A DNA stretch of 64,000 bases from an uncultured Candidatus Kuenenia sp. (GTDB lineage: Bacteria > Planctomycetota > Planctomycetia > Pirellulales > UBA1268): positions 127,225 to 191,224 of the forward strand of contig CAZCHF010000001.1 of NCBI GenBank assembly GCA_964498325.1, read 5' to 3'. The notes under the pieces were generated by a model. It made no database searches and had not been told where the DNA came from. It saw nothing but the letters and a program-made list of their open reading frames with translations. Within the stretch, counting starts at the first letter, position 1. Every line of letters starts with the position of its first letter. This document shows, one piece after another, positions 37,691-47,235 of the stretch. A program made the position numbers and the translations under genes.

Positions 37691-38481
37691 GGCGCGGCCC
37701 GCCATTGACACTGGATCTCTCCATCAGCAAATACGGTGAAGGGCCACCGCTGATCGTCCTGCACGGTCTCTTCGGTTCCAAACGAAACTGGGCAACGGTC
37801 GCCCATCGAATGGCCATTGGCCGCCGTGTGATCACGGTCGATCTGCGCAACCACGGCGAAAGCCCCTGGAGCGATGGCTGTGACTACCCGGCGATGGCCG
37901 ACGATGTTGCCCGCGCGATCGATCGACACGCCGGCGGCCATGCCGCGGTCCTCGGCCACAGCATGGGGGGCAAGGTCGCGATGGTGCTGGCCCTATCGCA
38001 CCCCGAGCTCGTCGATCGTCTGATCATCGTCGACATCGCACCGACACGTTCTACGGCCACGCCGATCGAGTTCGTGCGGGCGATGCGAGCCCTGCCGCTC
38101 GAGTCATTCACCAGCCGGCTCGAGATCAAGGAGGCCCTCGCCGCAGCCATTCCTGACCCTGCGGTTCGTGGATTCCTCACGCTCAACGTGATCCCCACAA
38201 CTGACGGTCTCGCCTGGACGGTCAACCTGGCCGCCATCGAGAACCACTTCGAAACCATCCTCGGTTTCCCGGTCGTCCCACCAGGCACATCCTTCCAGAA
38301 GCCGACACTCTTCATCGCCGGCGGCAAGTCTGCCTATCTCCAACCGCGGCATCACGCGGAGATCATGCGACTCTTTCCGGCGGCCACGATCGACGTGATC
38401 GAACAGGCGGGCCATTGGATTCATGCCGATGCCCCCGAAGCCTTCGTCGCCTCTGTCAACGCGTTTCTCGGTCCGGGATGA
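37687..38481 (+). CDS. Alpha/beta hydrolase (YbfF/ABHD11-like esterase)
   Basis: LHGLFGSKRNW, GHSMGG nucleophile elbow, AGHWIH. Confidence 0.88.
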   Translation: MRRGPPLTLDLSISKYGEGPPLIVLHGLFGSKRNWATVAHRMAIGRRVITVDLRNHGESPWSDGCDYPAMADDVARAIDRHAGGHAAVLGHSMGGKVAMVLALSHPELVDRLIIVDIAPTRSTATPIEFVRAMRALPLESFTSRLEIKEALAAAIPDPAVRGFLTLNVIPTTDGLAWTVNLAAIENHFETILGFPVVPPGTSFQKPTLFIAGGKSAYLQPRHHAEIMRLFPAATIDVIEQAGHWIHADAPEAFVASVNAFLGPG

Positions 38482-38625
38482 TCGCCCCCGAGCCCGGTCG
38501 TCCCAACCATTTCCTCATGAGACTCGTACAGGATTCTCACGGGGACGGGCTGGACCGCACCCGTAGAATCGGCTGCGTTCCGAGGAGCCACGCCCTGAAG
38601 CCACTTGGCCACGGAGGAAGTGACC

Positions 38626-38910
38626 ATGACCCGCGACGACCTCTTGTCCCTCTGCGATCGATTCACGAGCCGCCGCCGCGAGGTGATGACGGGCAGACTG
38701 AACGTCACGATCATCGATCCGGTCGACGACCCGTCCCACGAAATCGTCCGGAGCTTCCGGCAGGCGGAAATCTCCGAAAGCGAGAAAAACGCCCTCCTCT
38801 CCATGGTTTGTGACGAAGACGAAGACCTGGGGTTTTGTGACGAGATGGTCTGTGTGACCGACCCCTACGCCGATGCCCTGGCGGCCGCCGGCGACGACGA
38901 CATCGGCTGA
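38626..38910 (+). CDS. Small acidic hypothetical protein (94 aa, 4 Cys)
   Basis: GGAGGA at 38613-38618 before ATG 38626; Asp/Glu-rich C-terminus. Confidence 0.6.
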   Translation: MTRDDLLSLCDRFTSRRREVMTGRLNVTIIDPVDDPSHEIVRSFRQAEISESEKNALLSMVCDEDEDLGFCDEMVCVTDPYADALAAAGDDDIG

Positions 38911-38949
38911 CCAGGAGGCCAGGAGCCCCAGGCTATAATTCGGGGGCTG

Positions 38950-41466
38950 GTGGGTTTCCCCATGCCGCCGTCCGGCCTCCGTATGCACCTTCCGCCAAAG
39001 TGTCGCCTCGGCCATTCCATCGCCTTGGCAACCCTCCTGACAGGGTTCGTCACGCTCACCGCGGCTTTCGAGCATGACGAGTTTTCAGACCGCGATGCCC
39101 AGGCCATTCTCGGCACCCATTGGGCGTTCCGGCTCCCGACATCGCAAACGCCTCCCGAGGTGCCGGCGTCACTTGGCCCCGACACCGTCGCCGCGTGGAC
39201 CCACTCGCGCATCGACCGATTCTTGGCTCACGGCATCGCAATGGCGGGGCTCACGCCATCGCCGGAGGCCACGCCCCAGCACGTCGTCCGTCGTCTTTTC
39301 TACGATTTAACCGGTCTGCCGCCGTCGGCCGAGGCAGTCGACGCCTTTTGCCGAGATCCTTCCGACGAGGCCTACGAAGCACTCGTCGACAAGCTTCTCG
39401 TCTCGCGCGAGCATGCCGAGCACTGGGCCCGCAAATGGCTCGACCTCGCCCGGTATGCCGACACCGTGGGCTATGCAATCGATGGCCAGGCGAGCACCTA
39501 CCCGTTCGCGTGGACGTATCGCGACTGGGTGACGAACGCGCTCCACGACGACCTCCCCTACGACCGGTTCGTGACGCTCCAACTGGCTGCTGATCTCGTC
39601 GAACCTCCCGTTGCTGCGGCTGACCTGGCCGCCCTCGGCTTTCTCACGGTGGGCCGCACGTTCACTGGCAATCAACATGACATCATCGATGATCGTATCG
39701 ATCTCGTGACCCGTGGCCTCATGGGGCTCTCGGTCGCGTGCGCCCGTTGCCACGATCACAAGTATGAGCTCGTGACCATGGCCGACTACTACGCCCTGCA
39801 CGGCGTCTTCGCGAGCTGTGAGGTGCCCGACGAGCTGCCGGTGATCGGCCCGCCACCACCTGGCCCTGAGGCCGAGGCTTTTGCGTCGACCATGGCCAAG
39901 CTCGAAGCCGGGGTCGCGGCCCATGAGCGATCCGTGCATGCACGGGCGACGCGCGAAGCGATTGCCCACGCTGCTGATTACCTTCTGGAAACGGCGCGGC
40001 CCCTTCCCCGCCCGGATGGCCGCTCCCCACGGCTGGCCGATGGCTACGAGCTCGAGCAACTGCTCATCGATCGGCTCCTCCGCAAGCTCGACAAGACGAC
40101 GGCCGATCATCCTGTGCTCGGCCCGTGGGTCATGGCTCGCCATCTCCCTGACGCGGCTTTCGCCGAGTGGAAGGAAAGCGTCAGCAAGAATCTCGCTGCG
40201 ACGACGACTCTTTCGATGAACAAGCTGGTCCGCGACGAGCTGGTCGCGAAACAGCCGCCGACGCTCCGAGCGCTCGCCGGCGCGTACGGAACCCTGATCC
40301 AGCGCGCCCACGCGGCTGCCGGCACACCTGCCGATTCACCAGAGCTCGCTGCCATTCGTGAGGCGTTTACAGTTGCCGGGGCTCCGCTCGTCGTGCTTCC
40401 TCATGAGGCGATGCGCGTGGCTACTCGGAAGGAGACGACAGAACACCGGAAACGAAAACGAGCCATCATCGACCATCAGGCGACGGCTCCTGGCGGCCCA
40501 CCGCGGGCGATGGTGCTCCGGGACAAGTCAGAGGTGCGCGATAGCCGAATCCTGCACCACGGCCAGCCTGGTCAGCCGGGGGATGTCGTCCCGCGACGCC
40601 TGCCGACGGTGCTTGGCGGTACGGCCGTCAATCGCACGACCAGCGGCCGGCTCGATCTCGCACGGGCCATCGCCTCGCCCACGAACCCATTGGTGGCCAG
40701 GCTCATCGTCGACTGGACCTGGCGGCATCACTTCGGTCGCGGACTCCTGGAGACTCCGGGCGATCTCGGCCTTCGGGGAGATCCTCCAAGCCATCCCGAA
40801 TTGCTTGATGACCTCGCCAGCAGATTCATTCACGAAGGTCGATGGAGCCTCCGGTGGCTGCATCGCGAGATTGTCCTGAGCCGGGCCTGGCGGCAGTCAA
40901 GCGCCATGCGAAAGGAGCTTGTTGCCGCCGATCCGGACAACAAGCTTTTCGCCCGTGCCCACAGGCGACGACTCGATTGGGAGTCTTGGCGCGACAGTCT
41001 TCTCGTGGCCGCCGGAACACTCGACACGAACCACCCTGGCGGCCCCGGCGTCGATCCGCTGGCCACGACCTCACTCCATGCGCGGTCGCTCTACGCTCGT
41101 CTCGATCGGCAGGACGTGCCCGGCATCATGCGAACTTTCGACATTGCCAACCCCGACACCGCGGTCCATGTTCGCACCCGCACGATCGTGCCCCAGCAGG
41201 GGCTTGCGGCGCTCAACGCGCCGCTCGTGGTCGAAGCCGCCCGACGGCTCTCGGCGAGGATCGCTGTGAGCGACGACGATGCGTTCGCGCGGGCGCTATG
41301 GCGTCGAGCCCTGGCGCGGAATCCTTCCGCGGACGAGGTTCGCATGGCCACCGACTGGCTTGCCGATGTTCCGCAGGGTACGGTCGCCCGTCCCAAGGAT
41401 TTTGGACCTCGTGAACAACTCGCCCAAGCAGTCCTGGCGAGTGCCGAGTTCGAGTTTCTCGACTGA
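38950..41466 (+). CDS. DUF1549/DUF1553 (PSD1) planctomycete protein
   Basis: HWAF, RRLFYDLTGLPP, RKWLDLARYADT, CARCHDHK, PSHPELLDDLA, QGLAALN. Start uncertain (38950-38983). Confidence 0.92.
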   Translation: MGFPMPPSGLRMHLPPKCRLGHSIALATLLTGFVTLTAAFEHDEFSDRDAQAILGTHWAFRLPTSQTPPEVPASLGPDTVAAWTHSRIDRFLAHGIAMAGLTPSPEATPQHVVRRLFYDLTGLPPSAEAVDAFCRDPSDEAYEALVDKLLVSREHAEHWARKWLDLARYADTVGYAIDGQASTYPFAWTYRDWVTNALHDDLPYDRFVTLQLAADLVEPPVAAADLAALGFLTVGRTFTGNQHDIIDDRIDLVTRGLMGLSVACARCHDHKYELVTMADYYALHGVFASCEVPDELPVIGPPPPGPEAEAFASTMAKLEAGVAAHERSVHARATREAIAHAADYLLETARPLPRPDGRSPRLADGYELEQLLIDRLLRKLDKTTADHPVLGPWVMARHLPDAAFAEWKESVSKNLAATTTLSMNKLVRDELVAKQPPTLRALAGAYGTLIQRAHAAAGTPADSPELAAIREAFTVAGAPLVVLPHEAMRVATRKETTEHRKRKRAIIDHQATAPGGPPRAMVLRDKSEVRDSRILHHGQPGQPGDVVPRRLPTVLGGTAVNRTTSGRLDLARAIASPTNPLVARLIVDWTWRHHFGRGLLETPGDLGLRGDPPSHPELLDDLASRFIHEGRWSLRWLHREIVLSRAWRQSSAMRKELVAADPDNKLFARAHRRRLDWESWRDSLLVAAGTLDTNHPGGPGVDPLATTSLHARSLYARLDRQDVPGIMRTFDIANPDTAVHVRTRTIVPQQGLAALNAPLVVEAARRLSARIAVSDDDAFARALWRRALARNPSADEVRMATDWLADVPQGTVARPKDFGPREQLAQAVLASAEFEFLD

Positions 41467-41474
41467 GGATTCGC

Positions 41475-42896
41475 ATGACGCCACCGGCGCATCTCTCTCG
41501 TCGCACGCTGCTCCGCACGAGTGGCATGGGGCTGGGCTGGCTCGGTGCCGCGAGCCTCCTGGCCGAGGAAGCGGACCTGCCGTTGCCAGGGACCGTGCCC
41601 ACGACACTCGCGCGGCGGCAGCCCCATTTCCCACCGCGTGCCCGCTCCGTCATCCACCTCTTTGCCAACGGAGGCCCGAGCCACCTCGACACGTTCGATC
41701 CGAAACCGGCCCTCGCCACCTACGCCGGCCGCCCGATCCCCGGCGCCCTCAAGACCGAGCGCCGCACCGGAGCCGCCCTCCCCTCACCATTCACGTTCAA
41801 GCGCCATGGCGAAAGCGGTCTCGAGGTCAGCGAGCTCTTTCCGTCGGTGGCCAAGCATGCCGACCGCCTCTGCGTCGTGCGCTCGATGCAGGCCGACGTT
41901 CCAAATCATGAGCCGTCGCTGATGCTCATGAACTGTGGAGACGGGCGCCTGGTGCGACCGAGCGCCGGCGCCTGGGTGACCTACGGCCTCGGCACCGAAA
42001 ACCAGAATCTGCCGGGGTTTGTGGCGATGTGCCCTGGCGGCTACCCCATCAAGGGCACGGAGAACTGGCGGAGTGCCTTCCTGCCGGGAGCTTTTCAAGG
42101 AACCTACATAGACACGCAGAAGCGGAAGTCGGAAGAGCTCGTCGAGTATGTGCGGCATCCCGTGCTCGATCGCGCCGCGCAGGCGAGGCAGTTCGACCTG
42201 ACTGCTCGACTCGATCGCCGGCACCTCGAAGACCGTCAGCATGACCCCGCGCTCGAGGCGCGGCTCGGCGCGCTGGAGCTGGCCTGGCGGATGCAGGACG
42301 AGGCGGCCGAGGCCTTTGACGTTTCCCGTGAGCCGAAGCACGTTCTCGAACGGTATGGCGACGACGTGCAGGGGCGACAGATGCTCATCGCCAGGCGGCT
42401 CGTCGAGCGCGGCGTGCGGTATGTGCAGGTCTGGCATGGCAAGGGACAGCCGTGGGACAGTCACGACCAGATCGAGAAGAACCACCGTCGCCTCGCCCGC
42501 GAATGTGACCGCGCCATCGGTGCTCTGCTCGACGATCTCGTCGGCCTCGGCCTGCTGGACACGACACTCGTCCTGTGGGGGGGAGAGTTTGGCCGCACGC
42601 CGACCGTCGAGATGCCGAACGATGCGGGCGTGAAGTTTGCCAGCGGCCGCGACCACAACCACCACGGTTTTTCCGTGTGGCTCGCCGGTGGCGGGGTGAA
42701 GGGTGGCCATGTGCACGGGGCCACCGACGAGTTCGGTTTCAAGGCCGTCGAAAAACCCGTTCACGTCCATGACCTTCAGGCGACGATGCTCTGGCTTCTG
42801 GGACTCGACCACGAGCGGCTGACGTTTCGGCATGCGGGCCGTGACTTCCGCCTCACGGACGTCCAGGGGAGCGTCGTGACCGACATCATCGCGTGA
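41475..42896 (+). CDS. DUF1501 family protein with a Tat signal
   Basis: LSRRTLL; ARSVIHLFANGGPSHLDTFDPKP; ARRLVERGVR; WDSH; GEFGRTP; GRDHN. Confidence 0.92.
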   Translation: MTPPAHLSRRTLLRTSGMGLGWLGAASLLAEEADLPLPGTVPTTLARRQPHFPPRARSVIHLFANGGPSHLDTFDPKPALATYAGRPIPGALKTERRTGAALPSPFTFKRHGESGLEVSELFPSVAKHADRLCVVRSMQADVPNHEPSLMLMNCGDGRLVRPSAGAWVTYGLGTENQNLPGFVAMCPGGYPIKGTENWRSAFLPGAFQGTYIDTQKRKSEELVEYVRHPVLDRAAQARQFDLTARLDRRHLEDRQHDPALEARLGALELAWRMQDEAAEAFDVSREPKHVLERYGDDVQGRQMLIARRLVERGVRYVQVWHGKGQPWDSHDQIEKNHRRLARECDRAIGALLDDLVGLGLLDTTLVLWGGEFGRTPTVEMPNDAGVKFASGRDHNHHGFSVWLAGGGVKGGHVHGATDEFGFKAVEKPVHVHDLQATMLWLLGLDHERLTFRHAGRDFRLTDVQGSVVTDIIA

Positions 42897-43002
42897 ATCG
42901 TTGCAACCTCCTTCCGGCCGCGCCGGCACACGTGGCTTTTTTCGCGACCTGCCACACATCCACTTCCGGCAGCAGGCTCCCCTCGATTAGTGTCTGGGGT
43001 GT

Positions 43003-44268
43003 ATGAGCCATCCGCGCGAGATCGTGATCACCGGTGTCGGCGTCGTCAGCCCGATTGGAATTGGCTGTGACGCTTTTTGGCGATCACTCGCGGCCGGTGA
43101 GAGTGGCATCCGACCGGTCGATCTCTTCGACGCCAGCTCGCTACGGGTTCGATTCGGTGGGCAGATCCCCGACTTTGACCCGAAGCAATACGTCCGGCCG
43201 CGCAAGAGCCTGAAGGTCATGAGCCGCGAGATCCAGATCGGGTTCGCGGCTGCGGACCTGGCGTTGGCTGAAGCCGGCATCGCCGAAGGCACTCTGGAGC
43301 CCGAACGGTTCGGCGTCGTGTTCGGCAACGACATGATCTACGCCGATCTCGAAGATCTTGAACAGACCTACCGGCGCTCCCTGCGAGATGGTCAGTTCGA
43401 TTTCCACCTCTGGTCGGAGGCGATCCATGAGGAGGTTCATCCCCTCTGGCTCCTCAAGCACCTCCCCAACATGACGGCCTCACACGTCGCGATCGCCCAC
43501 GACGCCCGCGGCCCCAACAATTCGATCGTGCTGGGCGACGTGTCGGGGCTCCTTGCAGTCGCCGAGGCGGCGAGCGTCATCGGCCGCGGCTGGGCCGACG
43601 TCATGCTCGCCGGCGGAACCGGTTGCCGGCTCCATCCCACGGCTCTCGTGGCTCGTGGCGATTCGCTTTTGTCGCACCGGGCCGATGACTTCCGCGCGGC
43701 CTGCCGTCCCTTTGATCGAGATCGCGATGGCATGGTCAACGGTGAGGGCGCTGGCGTGATCGTTCTCGAAGCACGTGAGCACGCCGAGCGGCGCGGGGCC
43801 ACGATCCGCGGCGTGCTCGCAGCGACCGCGGCGCGGTGCGAGCCACGAGCACGCCGTGACGGGCTCACGGGCTCATCCCTCCGGAAGGCGATTCGAGCCG
43901 TGTGCGAGGCAGCCGGCCTCGCGCCGGGTGACGTGGGCCATGTGAATGCCCACGGCGTGAGCACGGTCGACATGGATCGCGCGGAGGCCCAGGCCATCGC
44001 CGCCGAGCTGGGGGACGTTCCGGTGACCGCTCCCAAGAGCTTTTTTGGGCACATGGGGGCAGGTGGCGGCGCGGTCGAATTGGCCGCCAGCATTCTCGGA
44101 CTCGAGCGCGGGCTCGTGCCCCCCACGCTCAACTACCATGTGCCCGATCCGGAGTGCCCCGTGAACGTGGTCCACGGTGAACCGCTGGCGGGCCGTCCGG
44201 CCACCGCGGTGAAGGTCAACCTCTGCTCGACCGGTCAGGCAGCCGCCGTCGCCATCCGTGCGGAATGA
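43003..44268 (+). CDS. Beta-ketoacyl-ACP synthase II-like protein lacking the catalytic Cys (Cys->Asp)
   Basis: VITGVGVVSPIG; GPNNSIVLGDVSG aligns with FabF TACTSG; NAHGVST and KSFFGH retained. Confidence 0.85.
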   Translation: MSHPREIVITGVGVVSPIGIGCDAFWRSLAAGESGIRPVDLFDASSLRVRFGGQIPDFDPKQYVRPRKSLKVMSREIQIGFAAADLALAEAGIAEGTLEPERFGVVFGNDMIYADLEDLEQTYRRSLRDGQFDFHLWSEAIHEEVHPLWLLKHLPNMTASHVAIAHDARGPNNSIVLGDVSGLLAVAEAASVIGRGWADVMLAGGTGCRLHPTALVARGDSLLSHRADDFRAACRPFDRDRDGMVNGEGAGVIVLEAREHAERRGATIRGVLAATAARCEPRARRDGLTGSSLRKAIRAVCEAAGLAPGDVGHVNAHGVSTVDMDRAEAQAIAAELGDVPVTAPKSFFGHMGAGGGAVELAASILGLERGLVPPTLNYHVPDPECPVNVVHGEPLAGRPATAVKVNLCSTGQAAAVAIRAE

Positions 44269-44274
44269 GAGACC

Positions 44275-45642
44275 TTACCAGCTTCCGTTGAAGCCGAACG
44301 ACAGGCCGTTGTAGAAGGTCTGGCCACCGACATCGATCGCGTCGTTGTCGCGGTCGTCGAGATTGAACTGACGCGTGGCCGTGGCCATGCCGGCGACCCA
44401 GAGGAAATCGTAGCCCACCTGAAAAGCAAAGTTGGGCGTGATGTTCCATCCGGCGAAGAGCGTGAGGTCGCCGATGAATCCCGCAACCGTCTTGGTCTCG
44501 GCATCGGAGAAGCTGAGCGTTCCGCCTGGGCCAGTTCCGGTCGTGTTGATACCGGCTGCGTATTGCGTCGTGTCGGCGAACGTGAGCGCCGGGGCAGCAC
44601 GGCCCCGAAGACCCCAGTAGTAGAACTCGTTTTGGCTGAGAAGCTCGCCACCGAGGTTGAGGCCGAGGAGCCAGTTCGATGTATGGATCAAGTAGCGGCC
44701 GCTGAATTCGTCTGAGGGCACGCCTGTTCGGGAGCTTGTCAACGAAAAGTCTTCGTTCACGTTGGCCAAGCGTGGGCCAATGATGATCGCGGGAAGCCAA
44801 CCGCGCTCGGCGTGCTTGGTCCAGCTTCCATCCGGCGACATGACGACCTTGTCACGGCCAAGGCGACGACGCAGCTTATAGTTCCACTCGTAGCTGTTGA
44901 AGTCTGAGTTGAATGTGGTGACGTACGTGTTTGCAACGTTGAAACCCGGGGCAGTGGGGTTCAGCGGCGTGACAAGGCCATTGCCGCTCACATTGTTCCA
45001 ACTCGAAACGTCTTCGTACGTCATACCGCCGTAGTAGACAAACTCGATGGACCGATCGCGGTCGAGGTAATCACGACCGAGTGACTTGCCGATCGTGGCC
45101 CGAGCACCAGGAGCCACATTGAACGGTTGCGCGAAGGTCGTGTACGTGTAGACGCCCTCACCGATTCCCGAGACATCTTCCTCAGCAATCACCTGGCGGT
45201 TGTTGATGCTCCGGCCCATCCAGAGACTCTCGCCACCGGCGTACCAGCCACCGCTCGAAAACCATCGACCCGACGAAGCCTCGAAGGGCATCTCCTCAAA
45301 GCCTTCGTCGATGAACACGCCGTCGAGCGGAGCAGACACCGATTCCACGATGCTGGCGGGGGGCATCCCGGGGGCACCCTGAACCACGCTCCTGGGAGGC
45401 ATGACCGGGGCACTCGACGAGGGAGCCGGGATCGGCTCGGCGACGGGGGGCTGAGGCTCGAGGACAATCTCCCCTTCATACGCCACCTGCTTGATGGCGC
45501 CGAATTCGGGAGGCTCTGGTGCCAAATCGGCCGCGCGGCTTCCGACGCCGGCACCCACGATTGCCAGCATCACGAGCATCCGCACGGTCAGGGAATGCAG
45601 GGTGGCCATCACGGGGACAACTCTCATCGGGGACTCTGACAC
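44275..45642 (-). CDS. Outer-membrane beta-barrel protein, BBP7-like
   Basis: Signal peptide, Pro-rich N-region, alternating amphipathic strands, C-terminal FYNGLSFGFNGSW. Confidence 0.7.
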   Translation of the reverse strand: MSESPMRVVPVMATLHSLTVRMLVMLAIVGAGVGSRAADLAPEPPEFGAIKQVAYEGEIVLEPQPPVAEPIPAPSSSAPVMPPRSVVQGAPGMPPASIVESVSAPLDGVFIDEGFEEMPFEASSGRWFSSGGWYAGGESLWMGRSINNRQVIAEEDVSGIGEGVYTYTTFAQPFNVAPGARATIGKSLGRDYLDRDRSIEFVYYGGMTYEDVSSWNNVSGNGLVTPLNPTAPGFNVANTYVTTFNSDFNSYEWNYKLRRRLGRDKVVMSPDGSWTKHAERGWLPAIIIGPRLANVNEDFSLTSSRTGVPSDEFSGRYLIHTSNWLLGLNLGGELLSQNEFYYWGLRGRAAPALTFADTTQYAAGINTTGTGPGGTLSFSDAETKTVAGFIGDLTLFAGWNITPNFAFQVGYDFLWVAGMATATRQFNLDDRDNDAIDVGGQTFYNGLSFGFNGSW

Positions 45643-45889
45643 GGATCAAAGCACACAACCGGAATGGTCATCGTCATCGAGAGAGTCGATTCCACAGGAA
45701 TTTTCGGAACAGTCGCCCGTGGGTTCCGCAGATCCCCCGGATTCCCAGGCCTCTCGCTGTTCGTCTGAGGATTCCGCATGCCTGGCACACCCGGGAGAAC
45801 CGGACCTTGAGCGATCCCACTCTAGTCTGCAGCCCCGGGCGATCGATTTCGAAGACACGAGGACGGATGTTCCGACCGTCCTGGAGTGC

Positions 45890-46156
45890 ATGATGGTTCT
45901 CAATCGCCAACGCATCCTGCTGGCCGGTCTGCTGCTCTTCCTCTTGGGCGTGCAGTTCCGCGTTGTGTCGTCGTTCACGCTGAACGAGCGATCGAGCCAG
46001 TTCGTGGCCGCCCGGATGGGTGGGGGCCCCGCCGCCACCGCCTGGCAGGCGTCGCCCATGCGCAAAGTTGTCGAGCCGCCGCGCTGGCTCGGCCTGGCGA
46101 TGATGAGCCTGGGTGCCGTGCTCACCGTGAAGGCGCTGTCGCTCAAGGGTAGCTGA
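45890..46156 (+). CDS. Small two-TM hypothetical membrane protein
   Basis: ILLAGLLLFLLGV and WLGLAMMSLGAVLTV; ATG 45890. Confidence 0.6.
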   Translation: MMVLNRQRILLAGLLLFLLGVQFRVVSSFTLNERSSQFVAARMGGGPAATAWQASPMRKVVEPPRWLGLAMMSLGAVLTVKALSLKGS

Positions 46157-46292
46157 CACGATCCTCACACTGCCCGGTGTGTCTCACGCAATTCTCACGG
46201 CATTCGGGGTGCCGTCCGCGGCGCTCCCACGATAGCCTCCAAAGTCATGGAGCAGCCCTTCGCCGCTCCACGGCGTCAAGGGAGCTGCCGCG

Positions 46293-47084
46293 ATGCGAGT
46301 CCGTTCGCTGTTCGTGTCGGACGTCCACCTGGGCTGCGGCTTCTCACGGGCCGCCGAGCTGTTCGAGTTTCTGGGGCACTTCGAGCCTGATCGTCTCTAC
46401 CTCGTCGGCGACATCATCGACGGCTGGAAGATGAAGCGGAACCTCGTCTGGACCGACACGGCGAGTTTCGTCGTGCGCCGTATCCTCGGCATGCTCAAAC
46501 GCGGCACGAAGGTCTTCTACGCCACCGGCAATCACGACGAGTTTTTGCGCCCCTTTGCCCCCCATACCTTCGGCCACATGGAGCTCGCCGACCAGTTCAT
46601 CCACGACACACCGTCGGGCGAGCGGCTCCTGGTCATCCACGGCGATGTCTTCGACCACCTGACGAAACACGCCGCCTGGGTCTACAAGCTCGGCGACCGC
46701 GCCTACACGGCCGCGCTCCACATGAACGCCTGGATGAACACCGCCCGCCGGGCCCTCGGCTACCCTTCCTGGTCGTTCAGCTCCATGCTCAAGTCGAAGG
46801 TGAAATCAGCCGTCAACTTCATCAACGACTTCGAGCACTTTGTTGCCCGCTACACCCGCAAGCACGACTGCAGCGGCGTCATCTGCGGCCACATCCACGT
46901 GCCAGCCATCCGCACGATCGACGGCATCGCCTACTACAACTGCGGCGACTGGGTGGAACACTGCACGGCGCTCGTCGAGCATTTCGACGGCAGAATCGAG
47001 CTTGTCCGCTATGACTCGGATCTGCCCCGCACGTCCGACACGCTCGACGACAACGTCGATGCGATGCCGCTTCAGGTCGGGTAG
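46293..47084 (+). CDS. UDP-2,3-diacylglucosamine diphosphatase-like metallophosphoesterase (LpxH-like)
   Basis: SDVHLG, LVGDIID, GNHD, IHGD, CGHIH motifs. Confidence 0.85.
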   Translation: MRVRSLFVSDVHLGCGFSRAAELFEFLGHFEPDRLYLVGDIIDGWKMKRNLVWTDTASFVVRRILGMLKRGTKVFYATGNHDEFLRPFAPHTFGHMELADQFIHDTPSGERLLVIHGDVFDHLTKHAAWVYKLGDRAYTAALHMNAWMNTARRALGYPSWSFSSMLKSKVKSAVNFINDFEHFVARYTRKHDCSGVICGHIHVPAIRTIDGIAYYNCGDWVEHCTALVEHFDGRIELVRYDSDLPRTSDTLDDNVDAMPLQVG

Positions 47085-47235
47085 CTGGGCTAACCTGCTC
47101 GGGGTGGCCCGTGTCATGGAGCGGGCGTGGGAGACCAGCGCAGCCCGGAGGGCGAAGCGCCAGGCTCCCCCGAGTGAGCGAAGGCCATGGATGGCCGCAG
47201 CGAACGTCCGGCGACATGACACGGGCCACCCCGAG

